The translations under genes and the position numbers were made by a program. A DNA stretch of 64,000 nt. Source: Ophelia neglecta (Eukaryota). Under the pieces are notes generated by a model. That model ran no database searches, was not told the DNA's origin, and saw only the letters and a list, made by a program, of their open reading frames with translations. The stretch covers positions 2,108,001 through 2,172,000 of the forward strand of contig OZ260662.1 in the NCBI GenBank assembly GCA_965285935.1, written 5' to 3'. Shown here piece after piece: positions 14,421 to 24,313 of the stretch (position 1 is its first letter; every line of letters starts with the position of its first letter).

Positions 14421-14775
14421 TGTAAATGCCGCAACGCACATTCTAGAGAAGCCTGTTTATTGCCCCAATGGTCTCATACAGAAGCATACTGTTGGCTCCG
14501 TGAAAACTATAAAACAAACATTACATACTACAGCGAAACTCTTATAACAACAAAACATCAGCAAAATCATCCTTTAGCCCAACAATTACTAACCTCATTG
14601 GGCCATCCTAATTCGCTTGACAACAAAAAATTCAATGACAATTGGAGCTTTCCAAAGTTCAATTCCTGCATCCAACATCCAAGACAGTGACATCCGGTGG
14701 GTGCCACGACCAGCCGCCACCAGGTGTCACCGTCGTACAAAGCAATGATAAAGTAGTATTATAGCAGCTGTTACA
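14421..14775 (-). repeat. BEL 3' LTR
   Basis: Direct repeat of 21796-22150, with AATAAA on the minus strand near the U5 end. Confidence 0.97.
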
Positions 14776-14955
14776 CTCCCCCAAAATTAACTCATAAGAT
14801 AATTTTAAGCATTGACAATCCGAAATCAGAACAGAATATTATAAGCACGTAAATCAAACTTATGTTGTTAAACACGTGTTACAAAATTATAGCTTCAATA
14901 TAGTTAACAATATAATGACTACAAACCAACTTATGTTACCAATGCTCCCCCATAG

Positions 14956-17900
14956 CTAAACTGCGGGCTGTGACCCCCCAGATGGAACTTGTTCTACATC
15001 TCCAGCTACTAGGACAATCAACTTATGTATGGGACGCTCCAAGAAAGACTGAGGATTGACACGTCTACCCTTAGAATCCAACATTGGGTCTCCAACAGAT
15101 AGTTTAACACTACGGACCAGCTGGTCTTCACCAACGTGGACCACCGTCACCCTGCCCAACCTCCACAGGTTTCTAGGCAGATTATCATCCTTTATCAAGA
15201 CAACATCACCAGCATGTATATTGCGACGAGGGTGATTCCACTTTTGTCTTGACTGTAAGACTTGCAAATACTCTCGTTTCCAACGAAACCAGAATTCGTT
15301 GAGCAAGTGTTGAACTCTTCTCCATCGTTTACGGGAGTACAAGTCCTCCCTCAGGAACCGGCCAGGAGGGGGGAACAGAACCCTTGTCTTCATAGTAAGT
15401 AAGTTGTTTGGACATAAAGGAAGGAGAGATGGATCACTCAAACTTTCCACAGTAAGTGGACGAGAATTGATAATGTTCATGACCTCGTACAGCAGGGTTC
15501 GCAAAGAATCATCATCTAATTGAGTTCCGTTCTGGGATAAGAGACCAGAGAGTACACTGCGAATGGTCCTTATTTGACGCTCCCAGGTGCCTCCGAAGTG
15601 GCTAGCGAAAGGCACATTAAACTTGAACTCGAACACATCACAACCCTCCTTGAGAAGGTGTTGTCGCACACGATCATAGTCCATCTCATTGAGTGCAGCT
15701 TGCAGCTCATTACTAGCTCCAATGAAATTAGTGCCCTGGTCTGAACGGAGTAGTCTGATTGGGCCTCGAACAGCTAAAAATCTACGCAAGGCGTTTATAA
15801 ATGAATCGGTGCTCAAGGAAACCGCAGTTTCAATATGTACGGCTCTGCACCCCATACAAGTAAATATGCAGCCGTATCTTTTGAGTTCCTTGCGGCCCTC
15901 CCTTATAACAAAGGGGCCAAAGAAATCCACTCCACAGTGTGTGAAGGGTGGCTCTGGATCCGCGCGGTCAGGGGGCAAGTCCGACATCTTTTGTTCGCCA
16001 GTCGGGGCTCGTAGTCGTTTACATAGTACACATCTGGCAATCTCAGCAGAAACAACAGAACTACATCCCACTATCCAGATGCCACTGGATCGTACTTGAT
16101 TTATGGTAATGCCACGTCCTTGATGACCAACATCCTGATGAGCCTGTCTCACAACAAGTGCCGACACGAAGTGCTTCTGCGGCAACAAAATGGGATGCTT
16201 TAGTTCTTTGGCTAAACAAGTCCTACCAAGGCGGCCACCAACACGAAGAATTCCCTCGGAATCCACAAAGGGGTCAAGCCGAAACAGGTTACTTGTTTTT
16301 CTTATTCGATTGTTTCTTTCCTTTGCAGGATCTGTGTCATACTCGTCTGGGCTGATATGATCGAGAACATTCAAAGTCTTGATCTCCTCCTTAAAGCAGT
16401 CACGTTGTACATGTCTGAAGATCAATAGCTCGGCTTTATGAAGTTCATCAACCGTCAATGGTGTAGGTAAGTCTTTGGAGGGGAGACGTTTCCCTCTTAT
16501 GAATACAGCTAGTTTCAATTTGTCCACATATCGCAAACAAAGAGCAAGGGCACGCTTGGTAGAGTGCCAATCTGTAAATCTTCTAAGCCTCTCTATAAAA
16601 GGAGGAAACCGTAGCTGCACCTGAACTGTCATCACTGACATCTTTCTCACCTCAGGATCATCTGGAGAAAGGAATAAACGTTTTTGGGTACTTGGCTTCA
16701 TAATTTCTCTCTCCCACAGAAAGGCTGGTCCGTTCAGCCAACGGGGATTCTGTTTCAGCTCTTGAACACTCAAACCTCTCGAGGCCTCATCAGCAGGGTT
16801 GTCTTCAGTGGGAATGTATTTCCACTGGGACAGTTGTGTACTTTCTCTAATCTCAGAAATTCTGTTTCCCACAAAGGTGTGGAAACGGCGGGATTCGTTT
16901 GCTATATATCCCAAGATAACTTGGCTATCAGTCCAAAAATGTTCCTCAATATCAGGGTATTCCAACTGCCTTCGCAGATAGTTGCTCATTCTGGCAGATA
17001 GGACGGCTGCCGTCAGTTCCAGGCGAGGTATGGTTATAGCCCTCAGAGGTGCCACTCGGCTCTTTCCTATGACAAAGGAGCAGTGGACGTTCCCTTCCTC
17101 ATCTACCATACGCAAGTAACTGCATTGTCCATAACCTGAGTTGCAAGCATCGGAAAAGTGGTGCAGTGATATTTTCTCAGGGCGTCCAAATTCAGCAGGT
17201 TTGTAACATCTGTTGATATTCATTTCAACCAATAACGGAAGACTACTTCGCCACTGCTGCCACCTTGGTCGAAGATAATCTGGCAAAGGGTCATCCCATT
17301 TTAAGGACAATGCACACATCTCCTGGAGTATCTGCTTTCCAGTCATAACCACTGGAGCTATGAAACCAAGAGGATCAAATAACGCACAAATGGTGGCAAG
17401 AACACCTCTTCTGGTAAGTGGCTGGTCTTTCAAGGTAACTCTGAAGTTAAGGGTATCTGACTCGACACACCAGTCCACGCCCAGTGCCCTTTCCATAGGC
17501 AGTTCATCCCTCATCAAATCAAGGCTCATTAATCCTTTTGCACGGTCCTCCACTGGTATGCTTTCTAATACTTCTCTTGAGTTGCAGATAAATTTGTGAA
17601 TGCGCAGACCTCCAGTTTCCCCAAGTTGCTTTATCTCATGGATCAAATTTACAGTCTCTTTCACCGAGGCCAAGGACTTTAACCCATCATCGACGTAAAA
17701 ATTGCGATGAATAAACGCGGGAGCTCCATGTCTCGAGTTTACTCGAAAGTCATCCGCCATCCTACGCAAACCAAAATTGGCACATCCTGGTGAGGATGCA
17801 GCTCCGAAGACATGCACTCGCATACGGTAATCAACTGGCTCAGACGTGAAGTCTCCATCTTTAAACCAAAGAAAACGCAAATAGTTCCGGTGAGCAGGAT

Positions 17901-18438
17901 CGACAAGGAACTGATAAAACATCCTCTCTGCATCGCACGAGAAAGCAATTCTTTCTTGGCGGAATCTCAGTAATACACCTAATAAGGGATTGGTCAAATC
18001 TGGTCCTTGCAAAAGGTGGGAATTCAGGCATTCTCCTTTGTAAGAAACGCTGTAATCAAAGACGACCCGCAACTTGTCTCTGGTACTGGTTTTATACACT
18101 CCATGGTGGGGAATGTACCACACTTGTCCATGGATGGCGTTGTCAGTGCTATAAACCCGTTCGCAGTGATTTTCATCAAATAATCCCTGCATAAAATTCA
18201 TGTAGTCTACTCTGTATTGTGGGTCCTTTAACAAACGATTCTGCAGGGATCTGAACCTGGAATGGGCCTGGTCACGATTGTTTGGGAGCTCCGGTGGGTT
18301 CTCCTCTTTAAATGGCAGGGGCAACATATAATGTCCACCTTCTGTCTTAGTTATTCCCTTGTTCATTTTCGACAGGAAACTTTTGTCTTCTAGTGATAAG
18401 GGAATCCCGGGGTCTTCTTTCGTTGAAGTCCTGTTCAA
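14956..18438 (-). CDS. pol: BEL Pol: reverse transcriptase, RNase H (Pao peptidase A17 region), integrase
   Basis: RT YVDD; HHFSDA, TIPRLEL and WTDS RNase H motifs; integrase H-H-C-C, VDFFGP, SDQGTNF, GGTWER; C-terminal W.LGRV domain. Confidence 0.96.
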   Translation of the reverse strand: MNRTSTKEDPGIPLSLEDKSFLSKMNKGITKTEGGHYMLPLPFKEENPPELPNNRDQAHSRFRSLQNRLLKDPQYRVDYMNFMQGLFDENHCERVYSTDNAIHGQVWYIPHHGVYKTSTRDKLRVVFDYSVSYKGECLNSHLLQGPDLTNPLLGVLLRFRQERIAFSCDAERMFYQFLVDPAHRNYLRFLWFKDGDFTSEPVDYRMRVHVFGAASSPGCANFGLRRMADDFRVNSRHGAPAFIHRNFYVDDGLKSLASVKETVNLIHEIKQLGETGGLRIHKFICNSREVLESIPVEDRAKGLMSLDLMRDELPMERALGVDWCVESDTLNFRVTLKDQPLTRRGVLATICALFDPLGFIAPVVMTGKQILQEMCALSLKWDDPLPDYLRPRWQQWRSSLPLLVEMNINRCYKPAEFGRPEKISLHHFSDACNSGYGQCSYLRMVDEEGNVHCSFVIGKSRVAPLRAITIPRLELTAAVLSARMSNYLRRQLEYPDIEEHFWTDSQVILGYIANESRRFHTFVGNRISEIRESTQLSQWKYIPTEDNPADEASRGLSVQELKQNPRWLNGPAFLWEREIMKPSTQKRLFLSPDDPEVRKMSVMTVQVQLRFPPFIERLRRFTDWHSTKRALALCLRYVDKLKLAVFIRGKRLPSKDLPTPLTVDELHKAELLIFRHVQRDCFKEEIKTLNVLDHISPDEYDTDPAKERNNRIRKTSNLFRLDPFVDSEGILRVGGRLGRTCLAKELKHPILLPQKHFVSALVVRQAHQDVGHQGRGITINQVRSSGIWIVGCSSVVSAEIARCVLCKRLRAPTGEQKMSDLPPDRADPEPPFTHCGVDFFGPFVIREGRKELKRYGCIFTCMGCRAVHIETAVSLSTDSFINALRRFLAVRGPIRLLRSDQGTNFIGASNELQAALNEMDYDRVRQHLLKEGCDVFEFKFNVPFASHFGGTWERQIRTIRSVLSGLLSQNGTQLDDDSLRTLLYEVMNIINSRPLTVESLSDPSLLPLCPNNLLTMKTRVLFPPPGRFLREDLYSRKRWRRVQHLLNEFWFRWKREYLQVLQSRQKWNHPRRNIHAGDVVLIKDDNLPRNLWRLGRVTVVHVGEDQLVRSVKLSVGDPMLDSKGRRVNPQSFLERPIHKLIVLVAGDVEQVPSGGSQPAV

Positions 18439-19561
18439 ACATTCTCAAAATTTCAATGGGGGATATAACCTTTTTAACCTTAGTTTGGCATGCAAGAAGC
18501 ACCTTGTTTGAAAGGCACTGATCAGCATCACTTGTGGCCAACGAGTCTGGCACATTACACACTAACACTCTGTGACTCAATCCAATAGGATCGCAATTGA
18601 CAATGTCTTCATCATTCGCATCAATAACTCCAACAACTCCCCATCCCAGATCAGTTTTTTGTGCAAATGGCCCATCGCCTTCGTGTGGTATCACATCTCT
18701 GGGCGTCAATGCACGAGGACAGTTATAGCCTATTAGTAATCCTACTTCACAATCTTGTAGTGGGTACAAACAGTCTTCAATTTTCTGAAGGTGTGGCCAT
18801 GATTTGATCATGTCTGGTGTTGGCACGTGAGATTTGTCTGCAGGCATAATGCTGCGGGTGTACGTAGGTGGAAGCTGAATAGAAATGTCCGAATCCAGTC
18901 CCCTAACCAGTAAACCTTGAACTAGCCTGCTTTCTATTGGTTGCTTACTAGCTAACATGGTAGAGAGGAGAAGCTGCACATCAGGCCCCTGAACACCCAG
19001 CGCATCGCAAGTATCATCTCTAATGAATGTGGTATCGGATTGAGTGTCCAATAAAGCGTAAACTTTCCGCTCCATTTCAGGTCTATCTACATGGGAAATC
19101 CAAACTGGGACTATCATAGATGCTTGTCCATGCCCTAACATATGTCCCAAATGCGCAGTGCTAACAGTAGCCTGTGTCGTTGCAGCAGGTAAACGCAGTT
19201 GACCTTGTCTCAGGTCAGGTCTCATTTCTTCCTTCCCTACATTTTGTTCAGGCAAGATTTTAGTCAAAGGTCGATCCTTCCATACGTCACCATGCAGGGC
19301 GGTTGGGTGGCGTTTGGAACACACAGCACAGGTGAGGCGATCCTTGCAGTCCTTTGATCTATGACTAGGTTTTAGGCATCCAAAACATAGACGTTTTTCG
19401 AATATGAAAGTCCTTCTCTCCGTCAAATCTTTGGCCAAGAAGGCTTGACAATCATTCAGGCAATGTTTCTTCTCGCATAGCAGACAGACCACCCGAGGCT
19501 GGGCAGAAGATTCTTTTGCCTTGGTATTATGTACATCAAGAGATCTTCTGTCAATTCTTTG
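18347..19561 (-). CDS. BEL Gag zinc knuckles plus aspartic protease; frameshift near 18420
   Basis: Three Cys-His motifs (CLLCEKKHCLNDC, CFGCLKPSHRSKDC, CAVCSKRHPTALH) and protease LLDTQS. Confidence 0.9.
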   Translation of the reverse strand, partial: QRIDRRSLDVHNTKAKESSAQPRVVCLLCEKKHCLNDCQAFLAKDLTERRTFIFEKRLCFGCLKPSHRSKDCKDRLTCAVCSKRHPTALHGDVWKDRPLTKILPEQNVGKEEMRPDLRQGQLRLPAATTQATVSTAHLGHMLGHGQASMIVPVWISHVDRPEMERKVYALLDTQSDTTFIRDDTCDALGVQGPDVQLLLSTMLASKQPIESRLVQGLLVRGLDSDISIQLPPTYTRSIMPADKSHVPTPDMIKSWPHLQKIEDCLYPLQDCEVGLLIGYNCPRALTPRDVIPHEGDGPFAQKTDLGWGVVGVIDANDEDIVNCDPIGLSHRVLVCNVPDSLATSDADQCLSNKVLLACQTKVKKVISPIEILRMFEQDFNERRPRDSLITRRQKFPVENEQGNN

Positions 19562-21064
19562 TCATTGTCCTCTCGGCATATCTGTGGTGGGAACTTTATC
19601 ATGCCCAACCTTTCCCTTTATTGACTGAAGGGACGCCACAGGATCGCAGGCTATATCAGCTTCTTGTTCTAGGAAGCTCACAAATTCCCGAAAGGGCGGA
19701 AACACTTTCCTTTCGTTTTTATACAAGTGCACCTTCCTATTCCATCTGACCACTAACCAGTCCGGAAGCTTGGTAAGAATTTTCCTGTTCTCAGTCTCGT
19801 CATTCATTATTGAAAGGGAAGGTATGCTACTCATGGCTCCTTCACACTGCAGGAGAAAGTCACTCAGGCGTCGCAGTTCATCACCATCTCTGGGAGGAAC
19901 CTTCTTCCATTCATCAATCCTTTGTCTGAAAGCTCCGGCAACAGCAAATGGATCGCCAAAACGCTTCTCAAGCAATTCCACAGCCCTGGTGTAGGCTTCG
20001 GTATTATTCAGATAGAAGTACCCTTCAACTGCAGACCTAGCAGGGCCAGCAAGATATTTTTTCAAATAGTACAATCGCTCCGCAGGGGGTACACCTCTCT
20101 GGCTCACCAACACCTCAAATGCATTCTTCCATTCAGGATAGCGTAAAGGATTTCCAGAGAACACTCCCGGCTCAGGTGATGGCAGGCGGTTTAACAGTAG
20201 CTGTTGGCTCAGGGACTTGGTCAGTTCAATCACTGGATCTTGTATAGTAGGCTCAATCTCATTAACAACCTCATGATCAGAGGCTGTCTCAGGTTCACTA
20301 GACTCAGGCAAGGGGGAAACGACGGGTAAAGCAGCAGTACTATGAGGTGGGGACTTGTCGCCTTTCGCAGATACCGCATTCGCAAATTCAGACTCCTCGT
20401 CCTCTACCTCCGCAATTGCATCAACCCTGGCTTCTGCCATTTTTAGGTCTCTCAAAATTATCAACCTGTCCAAATCGGCCCTTTTTTTAGCCTCTAAATC
20501 AACAAATTTTAATTTGGCCTTTAGCATAGCAGCATTTGCCGCTGCCTCCTTACGCTTAGATTGGCCAGACGTAACCGACGAAGTTCTAGAAGACCTGCTC
20601 TTGATGGATACAGTGTCTATTGACCTCAAATACTCTGAAATGTCCTTTACCAGCTGCAAATTAAATCCTTCTACTTCATCAAACTTATCATGAACGTCTG
20701 ATGTAGGAGGCAAAAGAGTGCTCACTCTGTAGTACGCATCAGTTACATCTCTAGACTTCACATGCAACGTTTCTCGTCTCTGTTTAATTATTGCTACATC
20801 GATTTCGTCGGACAACAAAGTTTGCATTTCAATATAAACCTTTCTCCAAGCAGACACAGCAGCCCTAAACACCAACTGACCCCTATCACACGCATATTGC
20901 CGACCCTTCTCAGTTAAAACACGCTCAGTTTCGGCCCTGGTCCCAACCCCAGAGGCCCTTACCTCCCCAGGGAGATCAAATAAAGGTTGAGTATCCGCAA
21001 TAATATCATCAGGTTTCCCGGCCTGCACACCAGGGGGAGCATTGCTTTCATCGACATTCGACAT
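19562..21064 (-). CDS. gag: BEL Gag N-terminal part (DUF1759-like), ending at an in-frame TGA
   Basis: LPSPEPGVFSGNPLRYPEWKNAF...ERLYYLKKYL motif typical of BEL Gag. The reading frame continues after the TGA into the 19492 ORF (69 nt, same frame). Confidence 0.9.
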   Translation of the reverse strand: MSNVDESNAPPGVQAGKPDDIIADTQPLFDLPGEVRASGVGTRAETERVLTEKGRQYACDRGQLVFRAAVSAWRKVYIEMQTLLSDEIDVAIIKQRRETLHVKSRDVTDAYYRVSTLLPPTSDVHDKFDEVEGFNLQLVKDISEYLRSIDTVSIKSRSSRTSSVTSGQSKRKEAAANAAMLKAKLKFVDLEAKKRADLDRLIILRDLKMAEARVDAIAEVEDEESEFANAVSAKGDKSPPHSTAALPVVSPLPESSEPETASDHEVVNEIEPTIQDPVIELTKSLSQQLLLNRLPSPEPGVFSGNPLRYPEWKNAFEVLVSQRGVPPAERLYYLKKYLAGPARSAVEGYFYLNNTEAYTRAVELLEKRFGDPFAVAGAFRQRIDEWKKVPPRDGDELRRLSDFLLQCEGAMSSIPSLSIMNDETENRKILTKLPDWLVVRWNRKVHLYKNERKVFPPFREFVSFLEQEADIACDPVASLQSIKGKVGHDKVPTTDMPRGQ

Positions 21065-21795
21065 ATTAAATATTCAGCATTGGCCAATTAGTGTGAAAAA
21101 TGTGAAAAATAGGTACAGGCATAGAACATCAAACTATTCATAAATTCACCAAAGGTCATCAAAGCATACCAAGGCACCGCAAAAGAAATTCAATAACACT
21201 CCTTAAATTCTACAAAAAATACAATACAATCTAATATGAGTGGATATTGTAACAAACTATTAGTTTCAAGTGCAGAACCAAATATTGACCACACTACATA
21301 AACATATATATCAAGATTTACATAATACAACAAGTATTCCACAAATTGTACGCAAAGACCAAGATTTGTACAGTAACCACGAGTACTTTCAGTTACATAA
21401 ATGTCAATGGAAAAAGAACATATTGAACATGAATGAAATATTATTGGTCGACCAGGTCCTCAAACGACGATGAGATCTTCTGCACTTGATGACAAGGACG
21501 AATCACCCACGAGATCTGTGGTACGGCGATTTACACAGTACAAAGTATCTATTGTGTAAGCAGTTCCAAAAATCGTACTTGTGATTAATGTTTATTGACC
21601 AACCAGGTCCAATAAATGATTGTTGACAACGGGAATTGAATGTGCTCTACCTGCGTCAATCCACACAAATAAGTTTGGAATGTTCTGTCTAGACGAACTC
21701 CACCAGAGACGCAGTCGTAGATAAAATCCAGAATGTTCCAAAGACGATATGTACGGCCAGGCTCCTCTAAGCTGGAATCCACCTTGAGTTTTCAC

Positions 21796-22150
21796 TGTAA
21801 ATGCCGCAACGCACATTCTAGAGAAGCCTGTTTATTGCCCCAATGGTCTCATACAGAAGCATACTGTTGGCTCCGTGAAAACTATAAAACAAACATTACA
21901 TACTACAGCGAAACTCTTATAACAACAAAACATCAGCAAAATCATCCTTTAGCCCAACAATTACTAACCTCATTGGGCCATCCTAATTCGCTTGACAACA
22001 AAAAATTCAATGACAATTGGAGCTTTCCAAAGTTCAATTCCTGCATCCAACATCCAAGACAGTGACATCCGGTGGGTGCCACGACCAGCCGCCACCAGGT
22101 GTCACCGTCGTACAAAGCAATGATAAAGTAGTATTATAGCAGCTGTTACA
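21796..22150 (-). repeat. BEL 5' LTR
   Basis: Direct repeat of 14421-14775. Confidence 0.97.
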
Positions 22151-22855
22151 AGATACATTGAGCTTTGCTCAACATAGTAGAAAAATATTTCTCTCAGCTG
22201 ACATATAAGCATTTGAAATGTCCACATTGACAAAGGTGCTTTCGGCTGTTTATACTATGGTTTCTTTCGGACCATAAACAACTGAGATATAAGCATTCAA
22301 AAAATTCAAAACGGATCTGTAAGTCTGTGACCTACATATTTCATGTACTTCAACCTGTATATTCCTATCAGCAGTAGTCTTGATTAGCTACATGTATCTT
22401 GTATATATTTTAAACAGTTTAAATATGAGGTCTTAATATTGTCAAAAATGGCGCTGTTACCTACATACTAAACATAAGTCAACCTTCATTATTTCGATTA
22501 ACTGTAATCTAGACTGGCTATTGCGTGGTTTCTTTCGTAAATCCTTATTCATTTTAGATCGTAAATAACTGTACTATGGTCTCTTTCAGTTTGATATTGG
22601 ACAATAAATAACTTAGATATAAGCATTTGAAAACATCAAAATTACGCTGCTATTGATTGGTTAGGAGCCCGTCTTGTGAGGGTATTTCTCACTTGCCACA
22701 CAGATATACAGTGAAATAGCATTTAAACGAGTGGCTTTAAGAAAACCATATCGCCGAGGCATTTGGAAATAGAGGCCATTTAAATGATAGAAGTGTGCCC
22801 GAGTGTGTCAAGCGGTCTAAAATGTGGTAAACGGTGCCACTGTGTCAAATAGGTT

Positions 22856-23408
22856 TGTGGACGGGTAAATTCCCGCCCTTTAATATCTAGACGGAGCGCT
22901 TAGTGTTACACTATATGCCGCGGTCGTCTATTCACTTGATTGCCGCGGATATTGATTGTTCGTTGTACTTTACCACCACTAGGCGTCGCTGACCGCTACT
23001 TATGCGGCACCTTTAAACTTGGAATACATTCTTTCTCTACTGACCGGCTAAGAGCCAACACCACTGGCAAACCGCTCTATATAGTGGTGTAGCATGTGAA
23101 AATAGAATCCCGTTACAAACTGGGTAAGAGTTAGAACATATGTTTGTCACTTATGTGAACATTGTATTCATCCCCGATTATACGTTCATTTTATATTATT
23201 TCTATTACCATGGTTTCTGTAATGCTATGATTTCCATTATTATTTACTTTACATTGTTATGTTCATTCGATTACAGATTCTACTTATTCTATTCATCTAT
23301 TGTATCAGTGTATATATAACCATCGCCGCAAATAGATTAAAGATCACCAAACCCACAAGGAAATATGTCTTCATCTTCATTATGATTAGGACAAACATTT
23401 CCCCTACA
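22856..23408 (+). repeat. Gypsy LTR1 (5')
   Basis: Starts tgtggacggg, ends cctaca, followed by the PBS. Confidence 0.93.
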
Positions 23409-24313
23409 TAATGGCGCCCGATACAGCTTTGGCATGGTTATATGTGTACTGTACAATAATCCTAAGAAGGCAATCTGAACTTCACACCAAGGCGGCAGCT
23501 GGATTACTCCACGCTCGGCCATACTGACCACCACGCCGACCACCGAAACTCCCAGTACAAAGGACCGAGAGGCCTGCCTTCGCCCATGGGAGCGGCCGTC
23601 AGCGAACTAATGAATGACCAAACGCTAAGAACCATACCGGCTGATTGTTCTCCGACTTCGTATTAGATCTTCAGCCTGCAGTGTTTCAAGACTATTCGAC
23701 AGATGTTCGAACATACATTTATATTCCAAACATGAAACGTCAGTGAGCCCATTGAATTCCAAACGAAAAGAACTTTACACGCTGACTGTTCCCCGACTAT
23801 AATATGTAATTATAGTCCTAGTGCTTTAAAAGTACTTCCTTGTGAATGAATAGACGTGTTAAACCTACTGAATAACACTTCGTGCATAATAATGAATTGC
23901 ATGCAAATCAAACTGTTATTGAAGTTCCCTCGTTGATTGATTGCATCTTTCATTGTTTCTATGTACATGATTTGTAAGAACTTCACTTATTTTTGTTTTT
24001 ATTTGATCCCTTATTTGATTGCATGTTGAACTTTGATCGCAACCTGATCGCATCCATTTCACTTCCACTCATCGTTTCATCAGCTAGTTACTGTCATCAT
24101 TAAATGTGTTTAATTAAGTCCCTTTAGAACTCTAGGCTGGAAGAATTTGATTTCGTTTGACACTTCTCATGTGCCCTCCTTGTAGGTTACTTGTGTAAAA
24201 TAACCACCTTTCGAGAATGTCAACTTAGGCGTTTTGGCCTTTGCAGAGTTCTTATATTTGTTCATTTCATTTCATATTCATCTCATGAGTTAACTATATA
24301 CAGATTTGTACAG

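Larger units (their letters stand above)
14421..22150 (-). mobile_element. Full-length BEL/Pao LTR retrotransposon
   Basis: 355-bp LTRs (TG...CA) at 14421-14775 and 21796-22150 appear identical. 5-bp TSD AGATA (14416-14420, 22151-22155). Purine tract next to the 3' LTR (plus ctccccc at 14776). Internal gag-PR-RT-RH-IN. Confidence 0.98.

Noticed and set aside
14343-14690. ORFs with identical C-terminal sequence at 14343-14690 and 21733-22065
   Set aside because: Antisense read-through of the two BEL LTRs, not genes.
15689-20693. Plus-strand ORFs overlapping BEL pol/gag (similarly 43049-46651 over the Mag element)
   Set aside because: Antisense shadows of long coding frames.
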